Of a stretch of 64,000 nucleotides of DNA, positions 1 to 9,905 are shown one piece after another. The stretch is taken from positions 32,001 through 96,000 of the forward strand of contig JBFMAY010000001.1 of assembly GCA_040755455.1 (NCBI GenBank). The letters run 5' to 3'. Position 1 is the stretch's first letter; every line of letters starts with the position of its first letter. The position numbers and the translations under genes are program-made. The notes under the pieces were generated by a model that did not search any database, was not told the origin of the DNA, and saw only the letters and a list, made by a program, of their open reading frames with translations. The stretch comes from Thermodesulfobacteriota bacterium. GTDB taxonomy: Bacteria; Desulfobacterota; Desulfobulbia; Desulfobulbales; SURF-16.

Positions 1-332
1 ACGTTTTGTGACGGTCTCGCAAAAATGATCGACCGTCGGCGGCAACTGGGCAACAGGGCATCTTGAAATCCCCCCCTCGTTTCACCCCTCCCCACGGAAA
101 TGCTCATTGTAATGTATGGTGGCGTACTTGGCCATCGACAATGGATGATTGTCCGGCCCTGAGGGGAGAGGGTGAAGGTTGTCAGGGGGAGACTTTTTGC
201 TTCTTGAATATGTTATGTAAGGGTTGATTCAGGTATTTTTTAATCTGGGAGGTTGACTTAGTAATACGGTTTCAATAAAATCAATAAATTACATATTGGC
301 AAGTTGCAGATGATGTCCGGCTAGACCTTTCT

Positions 333-2951
333 TTGATATTTTTATTCATTTCATTGTATTACATTATGAATAGAACGGAAAAGTTGTTTCATGAATATGT
401 CAGGAATGGCCGTGTCGCCTATCTTTATCATACCTTATGTAACTATACCGCCTGCTCGCTGTTTATTCTTTTTGCTCTCCTTTCCATCGGTACTTCGCCG
501 GTATACTCCCAGGGGGATCAGCCCCGCAGCAATGAAATAACCGCCGCTGTTCTGCGCGATTTCCCTCCTCTCTATATGCTTGATGATGCCGGCAAACCCG
601 CAGGTTTTGCCATTGATATATTAACCAGGGTTGCCGATAAAACAGGCTTGCAGGTTCATTATCTGATCGTGGAAAACTGGGCTGCGGCCATGGAGGCGGT
701 ACGAACTGGCGAGGCGGATCTGATCCCGGGAATCGGCATCAGTGAGACCCGCTCGACGGAGTTTCTTTTTTCTGATGCCATTGAGACAATCCCTGTTTCC
801 TGTTTTGTTCGGGCAAAGAATTACACAATTGACAGCATCAAGTCTCTCAAAGATCAACGCGTTGCGGTCATAGAAAAGAGCGCGGCAGAGACCAAGCTCA
901 AGGATCAGAGTGACATCAAGCTTGTTCCTTTTCCCAATATCGACTCGGCTTTGATTCAGCTTCTCACCGGTGATGTGGATGCCTTTGTGTTTCCCGAGCC
1001 TGTTCTCTGGAAAAAGGCACGAGATGCGGGGGTGGCGGATAAAATCAAGGTCGTGGACTTGCCGCTGATGGAATTGAAGAGGGGCTTCCTGGTCCGCCAA
1101 GCCGATACCGTTCTGCTTAAAAAAATAAACCAGGGGATTGAGGTTTATATCCAGTCAGGGGATTACCTGGCGGACTTTGCCAAATGGTATGGCAGGCCTG
1201 AGCCTTTCTGGAACCTGCGGAGGACCATTTGGGCCATGTCCGGCCTGATCATCTTCGTTATTGTCGGGATGGCGGGCTGGCGTTATTACTCGGTGGTGCA
1301 GTTCAGCCGGCAATTACATAACAACATTGCCATTCGGATTGAGGCTGAAAAGGCCCTGCAGAAAGCCCATGACGAACTGGAAGAGAGAGTTGCGGCCCGC
1401 ACAAATGAATTAAAGGAAGAAAAGGAAAAGGCCCAGAAATATTTAAATATCGCCGGCGTCATGATGGGAGTTCTCAATACGGCGGGCGAAATAATCTTAA
1501 TAAATCAGAAGGGATGTCAAATATTGAATGTAACGGAATGTGAAGTAATCGGGCAAAACTGGTTTGACCGTTACCTGCCCGAAAAAATTTCCGATGATGT
1601 AAAGCAAGTATTCAATAAGTTGATGGCTGGTAAAACTGAACTGGTGGAATATTATGAAAATCCCGTACTGACAAGTGATGGCAAGGAGCGAATCATCGCC
1701 TTTCATAACACGCTTTTGACTGATGAAAAGGGGCAAACCAAGGGGGTCCTTTTTTCAGGTATGGATATTACGGAACGCAAAAAAGCGGAAGAAGAAAAGG
1801 CCAGGATGGAGGAGCAACTACGACAGGCCCTGAAAATGGAAGCCATCGGCACCCTGGCCGGCGGCATCGCCCATGATTTTAACAATATTCTCAGTGCGAT
1901 CATTGGCTATACCGAAATGGCGATAGAGGACCTTCATCCGGATGCAAAAGTTGCCAGAAACCTGGGTGAAGTTCTCAGGGCTGGGTTCAGGGCAAGAGAT
2001 CTGGTAACGCAGATTCTCGCCTTCAGCCGCCAGGCAAACATTGATCCGATTCATCTTCATCCGGCAAGCATCATTAAGGAGGGGATAAAACTGCTCAGAT
2101 CCTCAATCCCGACCACCATTGATATTCATGAAGATATCGATCCGGCAACAGGAGTGATCTTGGCTGATCCCACCCAGATTCATCAGATATTAATGAATCT
2201 GTGCACCAATGCGTTCCATGCCATGGAAGAAAAAGGCGGAAGGCTGGAGATATCCTTGCGGGAAACTGAACTTGATAAGGGGAAATTAGGCAATGAACCC
2301 AGCGTTGAAGCCGGAACATTTGCGCGATTAACCGTGCATGACAGCGGTACCGGCATTGACCCGGGGATAAAAAATAATATATTTGACCCTTATTTCACCA
2401 CCAAGGAGGCAGGCAAAGGCACCGGCATGGGATTGGCCATTGTCCACGGTATCGTCCAAAGCTACGGCGGTTTCATCACCTGTGAAAGTGAACAGGGCAG
2501 CGGGGCAACCTTCAATGTGTTTTTACCAGTGGTCAAGCAGGACGGGGTAGACAAGGTAGAAATTTTCGACGACATTCCGACCGGCAAAGAAGAGATTCTG
2601 TTTGTTGATGATGAAGCACTGATCGCCGACATGGCCAAGGAAATACTGGAAAGACTCGGTTATACCGTCACCGTAAGAAAAAGCAGTCTTGAGGCCCTTG
2701 AGACTTTCCATAATCAACCAGATAAATTTGATCTTGTCATCACTGATCAGACAATGCCCGGCATGACCGGTACCGAACTCTCCAGGCGCATGTTGCAGAT
2801 CCGTCCCGACCTCCCCATCATTCTCTGTACCGGCTACAGTTCCATCGCTTCGGAAACCGAGGCCCGATTTCTTGGCATTAAAGAATTCGCTTTCAAGCCC
2901 ATTTCGCTTAGGCATATGGCCAGGCTCATACGCAACCAACTGGATGAATAA
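333..2951 (+). CDS. Hybrid sensor histidine kinase (periplasmic substrate-binding PBPb domain, PAS, HisKA, HATPase, receiver)
   Basis: GFAIDIL binding-protein motif, TM segment, PAS, H-box AHDFNNIL, NLCTNA, DSGTGID, FDPYFTTKEAGKGTGMGL, C-terminal REC (FVDDE, DQTMP). True start may be ATG 366. Confidence 0.92.
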   Translation: MIFLFISLYYIMNRTEKLFHEYVRNGRVAYLYHTLCNYTACSLFILFALLSIGTSPVYSQGDQPRSNEITAAVLRDFPPLYMLDDAGKPAGFAIDILTRVADKTGLQVHYLIVENWAAAMEAVRTGEADLIPGIGISETRSTEFLFSDAIETIPVSCFVRAKNYTIDSIKSLKDQRVAVIEKSAAETKLKDQSDIKLVPFPNIDSALIQLLTGDVDAFVFPEPVLWKKARDAGVADKIKVVDLPLMELKRGFLVRQADTVLLKKINQGIEVYIQSGDYLADFAKWYGRPEPFWNLRRTIWAMSGLIIFVIVGMAGWRYYSVVQFSRQLHNNIAIRIEAEKALQKAHDELEERVAARTNELKEEKEKAQKYLNIAGVMMGVLNTAGEIILINQKGCQILNVTECEVIGQNWFDRYLPEKISDDVKQVFNKLMAGKTELVEYYENPVLTSDGKERIIAFHNTLLTDEKGQTKGVLFSGMDITERKKAEEEKARMEEQLRQALKMEAIGTLAGGIAHDFNNILSAIIGYTEMAIEDLHPDAKVARNLGEVLRAGFRARDLVTQILAFSRQANIDPIHLHPASIIKEGIKLLRSSIPTTIDIHEDIDPATGVILADPTQIHQILMNLCTNAFHAMEEKGGRLEISLRETELDKGKLGNEPSVEAGTFARLTVHDSGTGIDPGIKNNIFDPYFTTKEAGKGTGMGLAIVHGIVQSYGGFITCESEQGSGATFNVFLPVVKQDGVDKVEIFDDIPTGKEEILFVDDEALIADMAKEILERLGYTVTVRKSSLEALETFHNQPDKFDLVITDQTMPGMTGTELSRRMLQIRPDLPIILCTGYSSIASETEARFLGIKEFAFKPISLRHMARLIRNQLDE

Positions 2952-3049
2952 TCGGGGGCGCAAGGCAGCCGGCCCCCTGACTTTTCAAGAATTTTTTGTT
3001 GCATTTTCAGCAGAAAAACATTCATTGGTAGTTGGAGGATATTGCTGTC

Positions 3050-3271
3050 ATGTCGATCAAACTACTTGCCCTGGATCTCTACCGTGCCCAGCAGAAGGTG
3101 CACCAGCTCGAAGCGCAGCTGGCGGAAGCATCGTTCAATCAACAGGATGCCATCAGTGAGCAGTTGCGCGAGGCCAACGAAGAACTGCAGCTGCTGCGCA
3201 ATATGCTTGAGGGCGCCAAATCGCCTTTGCCCTACCGCACCGATCACAACCAGATGAAGCGCAGGATTTGA
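3050..3271 (+). CDS. Small coiled-coil hypothetical protein
   Basis: GGAGG at 3034-3038 before ATG 3050; heptad-rich sequence. Confidence 0.65.
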   Translation: MSIKLLALDLYRAQQKVHQLEAQLAEASFNQQDAISEQLREANEELQLLRNMLEGAKSPLPYRTDHNQMKRRI

Positions 3272-3334
3272 TGTTTTTTCCGCCGGCTATTCCGGCCGTC
3301 TGTTTTTTTCATCCGCGTTCTTGACAGGCTTATC

Positions 3335-4000
3335 ATGTATCCCTTTGCAAAAACCATCTCATCAATTAAAAAAGGCGATCTGCTGGTGCTGATGTTTGCC
3401 TGCGCCGCTCTGGCGGCTTTTCTGGTGTTTCTGACCGTGGCCGGCATCACCTGGCTCACCGCCGGGCTGGTCAACCTGCAGACCGGGTGGCTCGATACCC
3501 TGGTCAACTGGCTGGTGGGCATCGTCACCGGTATTGGCGGCTGGTTCATGCTGCCTGTCCTGATTGTGCTGGTGGCCGGGGTCTTTCAGGAGGCGATTAT
3601 CTACCGGGTGGAGAAGGCCTCTTATCCGAATGAGATACGGAGCGGCGAACCCCGTTTTTGGGCCGATGTGGGCCACGATATCAGATTTACCTTAAAGGCC
3701 CTTTTTCTGAACCTGCTTATCCTGCCGCTGTATCTTTTCGGCATCGGCTTTATCGCCTCGGTGATCTTAAACAGCTATCTGCTCGGCCGGGAGTTCTTCA
3801 TCGCTGCCGCAGGCTACCATCTCGGCAAGCCTCAGGCCGGGGTGCTCGCGCGCAGCCACCGCCGGGAGGTGTACGGCGGCGGTTTTGTCATCACCCTGCT
3901 GGCCCTGGTGCCGGTGGTCAATCTTTTCATGCCGATCTTTGCCACGGTATGGATGGTGCACGTTTATCACGCCATAGGCAAGAGCGGCGTGCGCGCCTGA
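3335..4000 (+). CDS. EI24/CysZ-like membrane protein
   Basis: Several TM helices; SYLLGREFF and LVPVVNLFMPIFATVWMVH motifs. Confidence 0.75.
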   Translation: MYPFAKTISSIKKGDLLVLMFACAALAAFLVFLTVAGITWLTAGLVNLQTGWLDTLVNWLVGIVTGIGGWFMLPVLIVLVAGVFQEAIIYRVEKASYPNEIRSGEPRFWADVGHDIRFTLKALFLNLLILPLYLFGIGFIASVILNSYLLGREFFIAAAGYHLGKPQAGVLARSHRREVYGGGFVITLLALVPVVNLFMPIFATVWMVHVYHAIGKSGVRA

Positions 4001-4091
4001 TTTCTTGATCCCTTCCCGGTTTCCTGGCAGCTGACGGCTTGCCAGGGCGCTATGCGCGGGAGGCGCGAGGAGCCGGATTCGCCAAAGCGGG

Positions 4092-5189
4092 TCAGTCCTT
4101 CTCTTTAGGCACATCAAGTCCCAGAGGTCCCATGATTTCCCGGTTGAAACGTTGTTGAACGAACTCCAGGGGTTCCTGGTCAACAAGCCGGGCTATGTCC
4201 CTTATCTTTTCGGCAAAACGTCTGTTTCTGTCCCGGCACCGGCTGCGGGCCTGGTCAATCAGTTGCCAGTCCCGGTCAAGCATGAACTGCTGGAAGGCCT
4301 CAACAATCTCCGGAAAGAGCACCTTGCGCAGGCCATCGAGAAAGCCGATGTAAAAGCCTAGGGAGGCCTCTCTTTTCTCTCTGATGATGAAATTGATCAT
4401 GCCCTGGGGATGGGTATCCGCCAGGATATCCTTGATGGTGCGGCCCACGAACTCAATGGCGGAATCAGGGAATCTGCCGATGATTTTTTTTAGGGTATCG
4501 CTGTCCAGGGTGGTCTGCATCCTTTCTCCCACCTCATGGTGGATGAAGATGGGTATTTCCGTATCAACGATGGCGTCAAGCCTGTCCCGGCTGGCCTGCT
4601 GGTTGAGCCGGCCTTGGGAGAGCAGCCCATAGTGGTCCAGGGCGTGGTGCATGGGTGACCTGCAGGAGGCGCGGATATCCTGGATATGGTCCCAGAAGAA
4701 GAAGCGGAGCGGAGCGCGCCGGATGGCGATGATGCCGTCCTGCAGCATGGCAAAGGGGCTGGCCAGCTCTGTTGCCTTTTCCCGGCCAAGGATAACGACC
4801 GGGCATCCCGCAATGTTCTCTTCCCTGATCTTTTCCGCCAGAAAAAAGATGGCCTTCATGGAGCGGCCGTAACCTGAGCCGTAGACAAGGTTGGTACCGG
4901 CAAGCAGGCGGTTGATCTCGGCCGTATCCCAGGGGCCGACGGCGCGGCTGTCCATGGGTAGATTGTGGTAGCTCTCCTGTCCCAAGCCCTGCCAAAGGTT
5001 TTCCCTGGCCTCGATCCAGTCGAGCAGCTCAGCCGATTCCGGCTCGTCCCACGGTTCGATGCCGTGCTCCCATTTATAGAGATTGCGCAGTTTCAGCACC
5101 AGGGTACAGATGGAATAGATGCCGCTATCCCTGGCGTCGGAAATATGGCAGTTGTGCTGTACGGTCTGGGAGAAGGTCAAATTCGGCAT
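4092..5189 (-). CDS. Conserved protein of unknown function (resembles Sfum_1244 family)
   Basis: N-terminal NCHISDA...YSICTLVLKLRNLYKWE and internal HHEVGE motif; family name recalled, not searched. Confidence 0.6.
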   Translation of the reverse strand: MPNLTFSQTVQHNCHISDARDSGIYSICTLVLKLRNLYKWEHGIEPWDEPESAELLDWIEARENLWQGLGQESYHNLPMDSRAVGPWDTAEINRLLAGTNLVYGSGYGRSMKAIFFLAEKIREENIAGCPVVILGREKATELASPFAMLQDGIIAIRRAPLRFFFWDHIQDIRASCRSPMHHALDHYGLLSQGRLNQQASRDRLDAIVDTEIPIFIHHEVGERMQTTLDSDTLKKIIGRFPDSAIEFVGRTIKDILADTHPQGMINFIIREKREASLGFYIGFLDGLRKVLFPEIVEAFQQFMLDRDWQLIDQARSRCRDRNRRFAEKIRDIARLVDQEPLEFVQQRFNREIMGPLGLDVPKEKD

Positions 5190-5193
5190 TTGT

Positions 5194-5472
5194 TTACCTC
5201 ATGCGCTCAATGGGTGATTGCGGAGAGAAAGCCCAGGCGTCGCTCGCTTTCTCAGTGGCAGGGTCGGGTACTGGTTTGTCCTGCCCTGTATCAGCTCTTG
5301 TCTGCTGGCGTTTTTTTCTTTTACAGCAAGCAATGGACCGGCATGTGCGGCAGCGTTCGTTGCCGCACCACTGGCAGGAAAAGCAGTCAGGGCAGGGGTG
5401 CTTTTTGCTGTTCGGTTTGCTGTTCGGCACATAGATCATCCCCTGGTTGCCGGGAAGTTGCTTAAAGGCCAT
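5194..5472 (-). CDS. Small Cys-rich putative metal-binding protein
   Basis: HPCPDCFSCQWCGNERCRTC; GGAGG upstream; sits tightly between msrA and the next gene. Confidence 0.6.
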   Translation of the reverse strand: MAFKQLPGNQGMIYVPNSKPNSKKHPCPDCFSCQWCGNERCRTCRSIACCKRKKRQQTRADTGQDKPVPDPATEKASDAWAFSPQSPIERMR

Positions 5473-5538
5473 TATTGCCCTCCACCCTGTAAATTACCTG
5501 ACGATCGGATGCCAGGGAGGCTGCCGCCAACCGTCCCA

Positions 5539-6165
5539 TCATTTTTCCCGTTCCTTGCCCCAGATGTTGTCGAGAAACTGATCCCGTCCTGAACCGGAGC
5601 GGTAAAACTTATAACGCAGCGGGTTCTTCCGGTAATAGTCCTGATGATAATCCTCAGCCGGGTAAAATGTTGTGGCCGGCACAATCGGTGTGACAATAGG
5701 CTTGCTGAAAACATTGCTGGCAGCCAGGGTCTCCTTTGATTTTTCCGCCGCTGCCCTCTGCTGCTCGTCGTGATAAAAAATGGCGGTGGAGTATGAGTGG
5801 CCGCGGTCAACGAACTGGCCGCCCGGGTCGGTCGGGTCAATCTGGTGCCAGAAGACATTCAGCAGCTGCTCATATGAGATTTTGGCCGGGTCGTAGAGGA
5901 TTTCCACCGCTTCAATATGGGCGCCTGCCCCATAGTTCTCGTAATTCGGGTCTTTGCTGGTGCCGGCCGTATAGCCGGATATAACGGCGGCAACCCCGTC
6001 CAGGCTTTCAAAGGGCTTTTCCATGCACCAGAAACAGCCGCCGGCAAAGGTCGCCCTGGCAGATACGGTGCTGCCTGAATCGTCGGCCTGCAGAGGTCGG
6101 GCCGGCGCATGGAGCGAAATAACTGATGCCACAATGAACAAATAACATATCGTGATGGGTTTCAA
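5539..6165 (-). CDS. msrA: Peptide-methionine (S)-S-oxide reductase MsrA with signal peptide
   Basis: AGGCFWCME active site, GQFVDRG, FYPAEDYHQDYY. Confidence 0.95.
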   Translation of the reverse strand: MKPITICYLFIVASVISLHAPARPLQADDSGSTVSARATFAGGCFWCMEKPFESLDGVAAVISGYTAGTSKDPNYENYGAGAHIEAVEILYDPAKISYEQLLNVFWHQIDPTDPGGQFVDRGHSYSTAIFYHDEQQRAAAEKSKETLAASNVFSKPIVTPIVPATTFYPAEDYHQDYYRKNPLRYKFYRSGSGRDQFLDNIWGKEREK

Positions 6166-6320
6166 GTCGTGTCCTCCAATGATAAAAGAGTCGCAGTCTC
6201 TTGGCTATATAATAATCATTAAAACTGCCAGGACCATATGCCTCAATCTGAAGGTCCTGATCACAAAATCTCCTTTAAACTCTTGCCGTGTTTTTCCTTT
6301 CCCGCTCCGGGTAGGCGGCA

Positions 6321-6380
6321 TCAGTAAAAAATGGGGCAAATGCCCGCTTGATAGTGGTGATTTGCCCCATTTTTTACTGA
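6321..6380. repeat. Perfect 21-bp inverted repeat with 18-nt spacer
   Basis: TCAGTAAAAAATGGGGCAAAT (6321-6341) / ATTTGCCCCATTTTTTACTGA (6360-6380). Confidence 0.9.
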
Positions 6381-6466
6381 GAGCTGTTTGGCGGGTCTTT
6401 TGGCTTTTATGCTGTAACTTTTTGAAATCATGATGGTTTATGTAAAAAATGTCCTCTGTCACTCCG

Positions 6467-6482
6467 TGGCACAATGAGTGCT
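6467..6482 (+). promoter_or_regulatory. Putative sigma-54 (-24/-12) promoter
   Basis: TGGCAC-AATGA-GTGCT with GG-N10-GC spacing. Confidence 0.55.
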
Positions 6483-6917
6483 ATGGGATAAAGATAAATG
6501 TGAGATCTGCATTGATACTTCTTTGCCACATACAGATGTGCATAAATGAAAAAATCATCATCTGTCAAGTGGTGAATCAGGCAGGGATAGATAGTAAAAC
6601 ATTCCACGCCGAAACCGCCATTTCGGTTGGATGGTTAAGGAGTAATCACTGTTGCGCCGGCAGTGACTGGGCCGGCAGGGAGGAGCGCGATGGAAGGGTT
6701 ACTGTTTCTCGTTTGCTGGATTGGTTGTGCTTTGTTGCATACCCTTTATGACGTCAAGGTGAGACCGCTGCTGCAGACCTCGGGCAAGGAAGAGGATTTT
6801 TCGTGAGTAGACCGTCCGGGAAGGCATACCCGGCATATTCATGCCATCAACCTTCAGCAAGGAGATCTGGTTATGCAACGGCTGACTGCGCAACCTGTCG
6901 GATATCAGGGAGAGGTC

Positions 6918-7346
6918 ATGGACATCAATAAATTGCAGATGAAACCCAGCGCATCCGATCTGCCGGTTTATTCCCTGCGAGAGGCGGCACAACTGTTGAA
7001 TGTGCACCCGCAGACCCTGAGGAAATATCAGGCTGCAGGGCTTGTCAGGCCGATCCGCCAGGGTTCACGCTGGCTGTTTTCCCAAAAGGACGTCATGTGG
7101 ACGGAGTGTTTGCGGTCAATGATCCATACGAAGAAATTGAGCATTCCCGGCCTCAGGAAGCTGCTGCAGCTTGTTCCATGCTGGATGGCCGCTTCCTGCC
7201 CGGTGGAGATTCAATGTCATTGTCCGGCCCAGGTTGACTGGAGTCTGCCCCGCCGGCTGCAGCTGGTGGGCGGCAGGTCTGCCGCACGCGATAACGAAGC
7301 CGCCGGCCAGACAGATGGCCCGGATCAGATGCCCTGCGGCGCTTGA
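6918..7346 (+). CDS. MerR/HspR-like transcriptional regulator with C-terminal Cys cluster
   Basis: YSLREAAQLLNVHPQTLRKY HTH; PCWMAASCPVEIQCHCPA; GGAGAGG before ATG 6918. Confidence 0.85.
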   Translation: MDINKLQMKPSASDLPVYSLREAAQLLNVHPQTLRKYQAAGLVRPIRQGSRWLFSQKDVMWTECLRSMIHTKKLSIPGLRKLLQLVPCWMAASCPVEIQCHCPAQVDWSLPRRLQLVGGRSAARDNEAAGQTDGPDQMPCGA

Positions 7347-7433
7347 CGGCCGGCGTGCCGCCGCAAAAAACCGCTGCCCTGCCTCTCCATATTCCCCGAA
7401 GGGATTTTACCACCCTCCTGCCGAGACAGTCTG

Positions 7434-9071
7434 CTACAGTTTCAGGCCTGTATCGCCATGGTACAGCTCGGCCCGCAACCGGGCCACCTCCTCATTGATC
7501 AGGTAATCGTCAAACTGCATCATTCTGTCTATGATCCCCGCCGGGGTGATTTCCACGATCCGGTTGGACACGGTGGCAACGAACTGGTGGTCATGGGAGG
7601 AGAAAAGAACCACCTCGGGGTAGGCGATAAGCCCGTCGTTTAACGCGGTGATCGACTCGAGATCCAGGTGGTTGGTGGGTTCATCCAGGATGAGGGCGTT
7701 GGCGCCGCTGAGCATCATCCTGGCCAGCATGCAGCGAACCCGCTCCCCGCCGGACAGCACATTGGTCTTTTTGAGGGCCTCTTCGCCGGAAAAAAGCATC
7801 TTGCCCAAAAAACCCCTGGCAAAACTCTCCCCTTCGCTGGGCGGTGAGAACTGGCGCAGCCACTCGATGAGATTCATATTGTTGTCGAAGTATGCGCTGT
7901 TCTCCTTGGGGAAATAGGAGGTGCTGATGGTGACGCCCCAGCGGAAGCTGCCGCGGTCAGGCTCCATTTCTCCGGTCAGAATCTGAAACAGGGTTGTCTT
8001 GGCCAGGGTGTTGCCGCCGACAAAGGCGATCTTGTCGCCCTTGTTCACCGTCAGGCTGAAATTGTTTAACACCGGAACGCCCTCAATCTCTTTGCATAAG
8101 CCCTTGATCTCGAGGATGACGTCGCCGCAGGGGCGATCCGCCTTGAAAACGATGAAGGGATACTTGCGGGAAGAAACCGGCATGTCCTCGATGGTGAGCT
8201 TCTCCAGCAGTTTCTTGCGGGAGGTAGCCTGTTTGGCCTTGGAGGCATTGGAGGAAAAACGCTGAATGAATTCCTTCAGCTCATTGGCCTTGGCCGTGAC
8301 CTTTTTGTTCTGGTCCTGCTTCTGCTTCAGGTTGAGCTGGCTCGCCTGGTACCAGAAGTCATAGTTGCCTACATAGACCTGGATCTTGCCGAAATCGATA
8401 TCCGCCACATGGGTGCAAACCTGGTTGAGGAAATGGCGGTCGTGGGAGACGATGATGACCGTATTCTGGAATTTGAAGAGGAAGTCCTCAAGCCAGGCGA
8501 TGGATTTCAGGTCAAGATGGTTGGTTGGTTCGTCCAGCAGCAGAATGTCCGGGTTGCCGAACAGCGCCTGGGCCAGCAGCACCCGCACCTTGTCGCCGCC
8601 TTCAAGCTCCTTCATCTTCTTCTGGCGGAGCTCCTCGCCGATGCCGAGGCCGCTGAGCAGAACTGCTGCTTCCGCTTCCGCCTCATATCCGTTCATCTCA
8701 CCGAATTCGACCTCAAGCTCGCCGGAGCGGATGCCGTCCTCCTCGGAGAATTCCGCTTTGGCGTAAATAGCCTCCCTTTCGGCCATCACTTCAAAAAGCC
8801 GTTTATGGCCCATGATAACGGTGTTGAAGACAGTTTCCTCGTCAAAGGCGAACTGGTCCTGGCTCAGCACGGCGATGCGTTCTCCTGGGTCAACAATGAT
8901 ATCGCCTTTGTCCGGTTCTTTCTGGCCGGCGAGAATCTTGAGAAAGGTGGATTTGCCCGTGCCGTTGGCGCCGATGAGGCCGTAACAGTTGCCAGGGGTG
9001 AACTTGATGTTGACGTCTTTGAAGATGACCCTTTTGCCATAGGAAAGGGCGATGTTTGCAGCTTGAATCAT
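7434..9071 (-). CDS. ABC-F family ATPase (YbiT/YkpA-like)
   Basis: Two NBDs (GANGTGKST, LLDEPTNHLD twice), no TM segments. Confidence 0.92.
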   Translation of the reverse strand: MIQAANIALSYGKRVIFKDVNIKFTPGNCYGLIGANGTGKSTFLKILAGQKEPDKGDIIVDPGERIAVLSQDQFAFDEETVFNTVIMGHKRLFEVMAEREAIYAKAEFSEEDGIRSGELEVEFGEMNGYEAEAEAAVLLSGLGIGEELRQKKMKELEGGDKVRVLLAQALFGNPDILLLDEPTNHLDLKSIAWLEDFLFKFQNTVIIVSHDRHFLNQVCTHVADIDFGKIQVYVGNYDFWYQASQLNLKQKQDQNKKVTAKANELKEFIQRFSSNASKAKQATSRKKLLEKLTIEDMPVSSRKYPFIVFKADRPCGDVILEIKGLCKEIEGVPVLNNFSLTVNKGDKIAFVGGNTLAKTTLFQILTGEMEPDRGSFRWGVTISTSYFPKENSAYFDNNMNLIEWLRQFSPPSEGESFARGFLGKMLFSGEEALKKTNVLSGGERVRCMLARMMLSGANALILDEPTNHLDLESITALNDGLIAYPEVVLFSSHDHQFVATVSNRIVEITPAGIIDRMMQFDDYLINEEVARLRAELYHGDTGLKL

Positions 9072-9189
9072 GGGGATGAATGTCCTCTGTGCAAATAAAA
9101 AACCACATGGGGTGACCCTTGTGGTTTCAGTGTATCAAAAAAATGGTTAACTTGGTTGCAGCCTTGCATTGCAAGGAAGGACTGCAACC

Positions 9190-9220
9190 AAAAAAAAAGC
9201 CCCGCGGCAAGCGGGGCTTT
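9190..9220 (-). terminator. Intrinsic terminator of the cold-shock gene
   Basis: AAAGCCCCGC/GCGGGGCTTT stem followed by a T-run on the minus strand. Confidence 0.8.
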
Positions 9221-9241
9221 GCGTACAATAAACTTCAGGTT

Positions 9242-9442
9242 TTACAACTGGCGGACATTCTCGGCCGCAGGACCTTTGGGGCCTTCTACAACGTCGAATT
9301 TGACCCGGGCACCCTCATCAAGGGTTTTGTAGCCTTCTGCCTTGATTGCGGAATGATGAACGAAAACGTCTTTGCCTCCGTCCTGAGCGATAAAGCCGAA
9401 ACCCTTTGCAGCATTAAACCATTTAACTGTACCTTCTGCCAT
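9242..9442 (-). CDS. cspA: Cold-shock protein (CspA family)
   Basis: GTVKWFN, KGFGFI (RNP1), DVFVH (RNP2). Confidence 0.95.
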   Translation of the reverse strand: MAEGTVKWFNAAKGFGFIAQDGGKDVFVHHSAIKAEGYKTLDEGARVKFDVVEGPKGPAAENVRQL

Positions 9443-9905
9443 TTTTACTACTCCTTCTGAACTCGTTCCCGTCCGGGAACCTTAAGATAATATTGCCGAA
9501 TTATCGAAGGATAAGACGGCTGGCAGTAAGTTTGTATAAATAAAAAAAACCGCACTAGCTCTGACAGAGATTGCGCGGTTCACTTTTTCGTAATTTTATA
9601 ACTACAAACAGATACTGCACAAGAATAATTAATTTATAACATATCAATTGATGGAAAGCAAACAATATTTTTTCTTGCAAGGGAATATAATGCAATGGAA
9701 AGATGAAAAAATAGGGAGCCATGGAGCGCCGCATCTGTTTTCGGCCGCCGCTGGGCATGAGTAAAGTCCCATTGGCCCCGGTATGACCGCGGTGATTGTT
9801 GCCCGGATGAGGCGCATTTCCCGCACATGGTTTCCTTGGCGCCCAGCGGCAGGGGGGGCGAAAAATTCCCTTGCCAATAGATGCGGGGCGGGTATCTTGT
9901 GGCCC

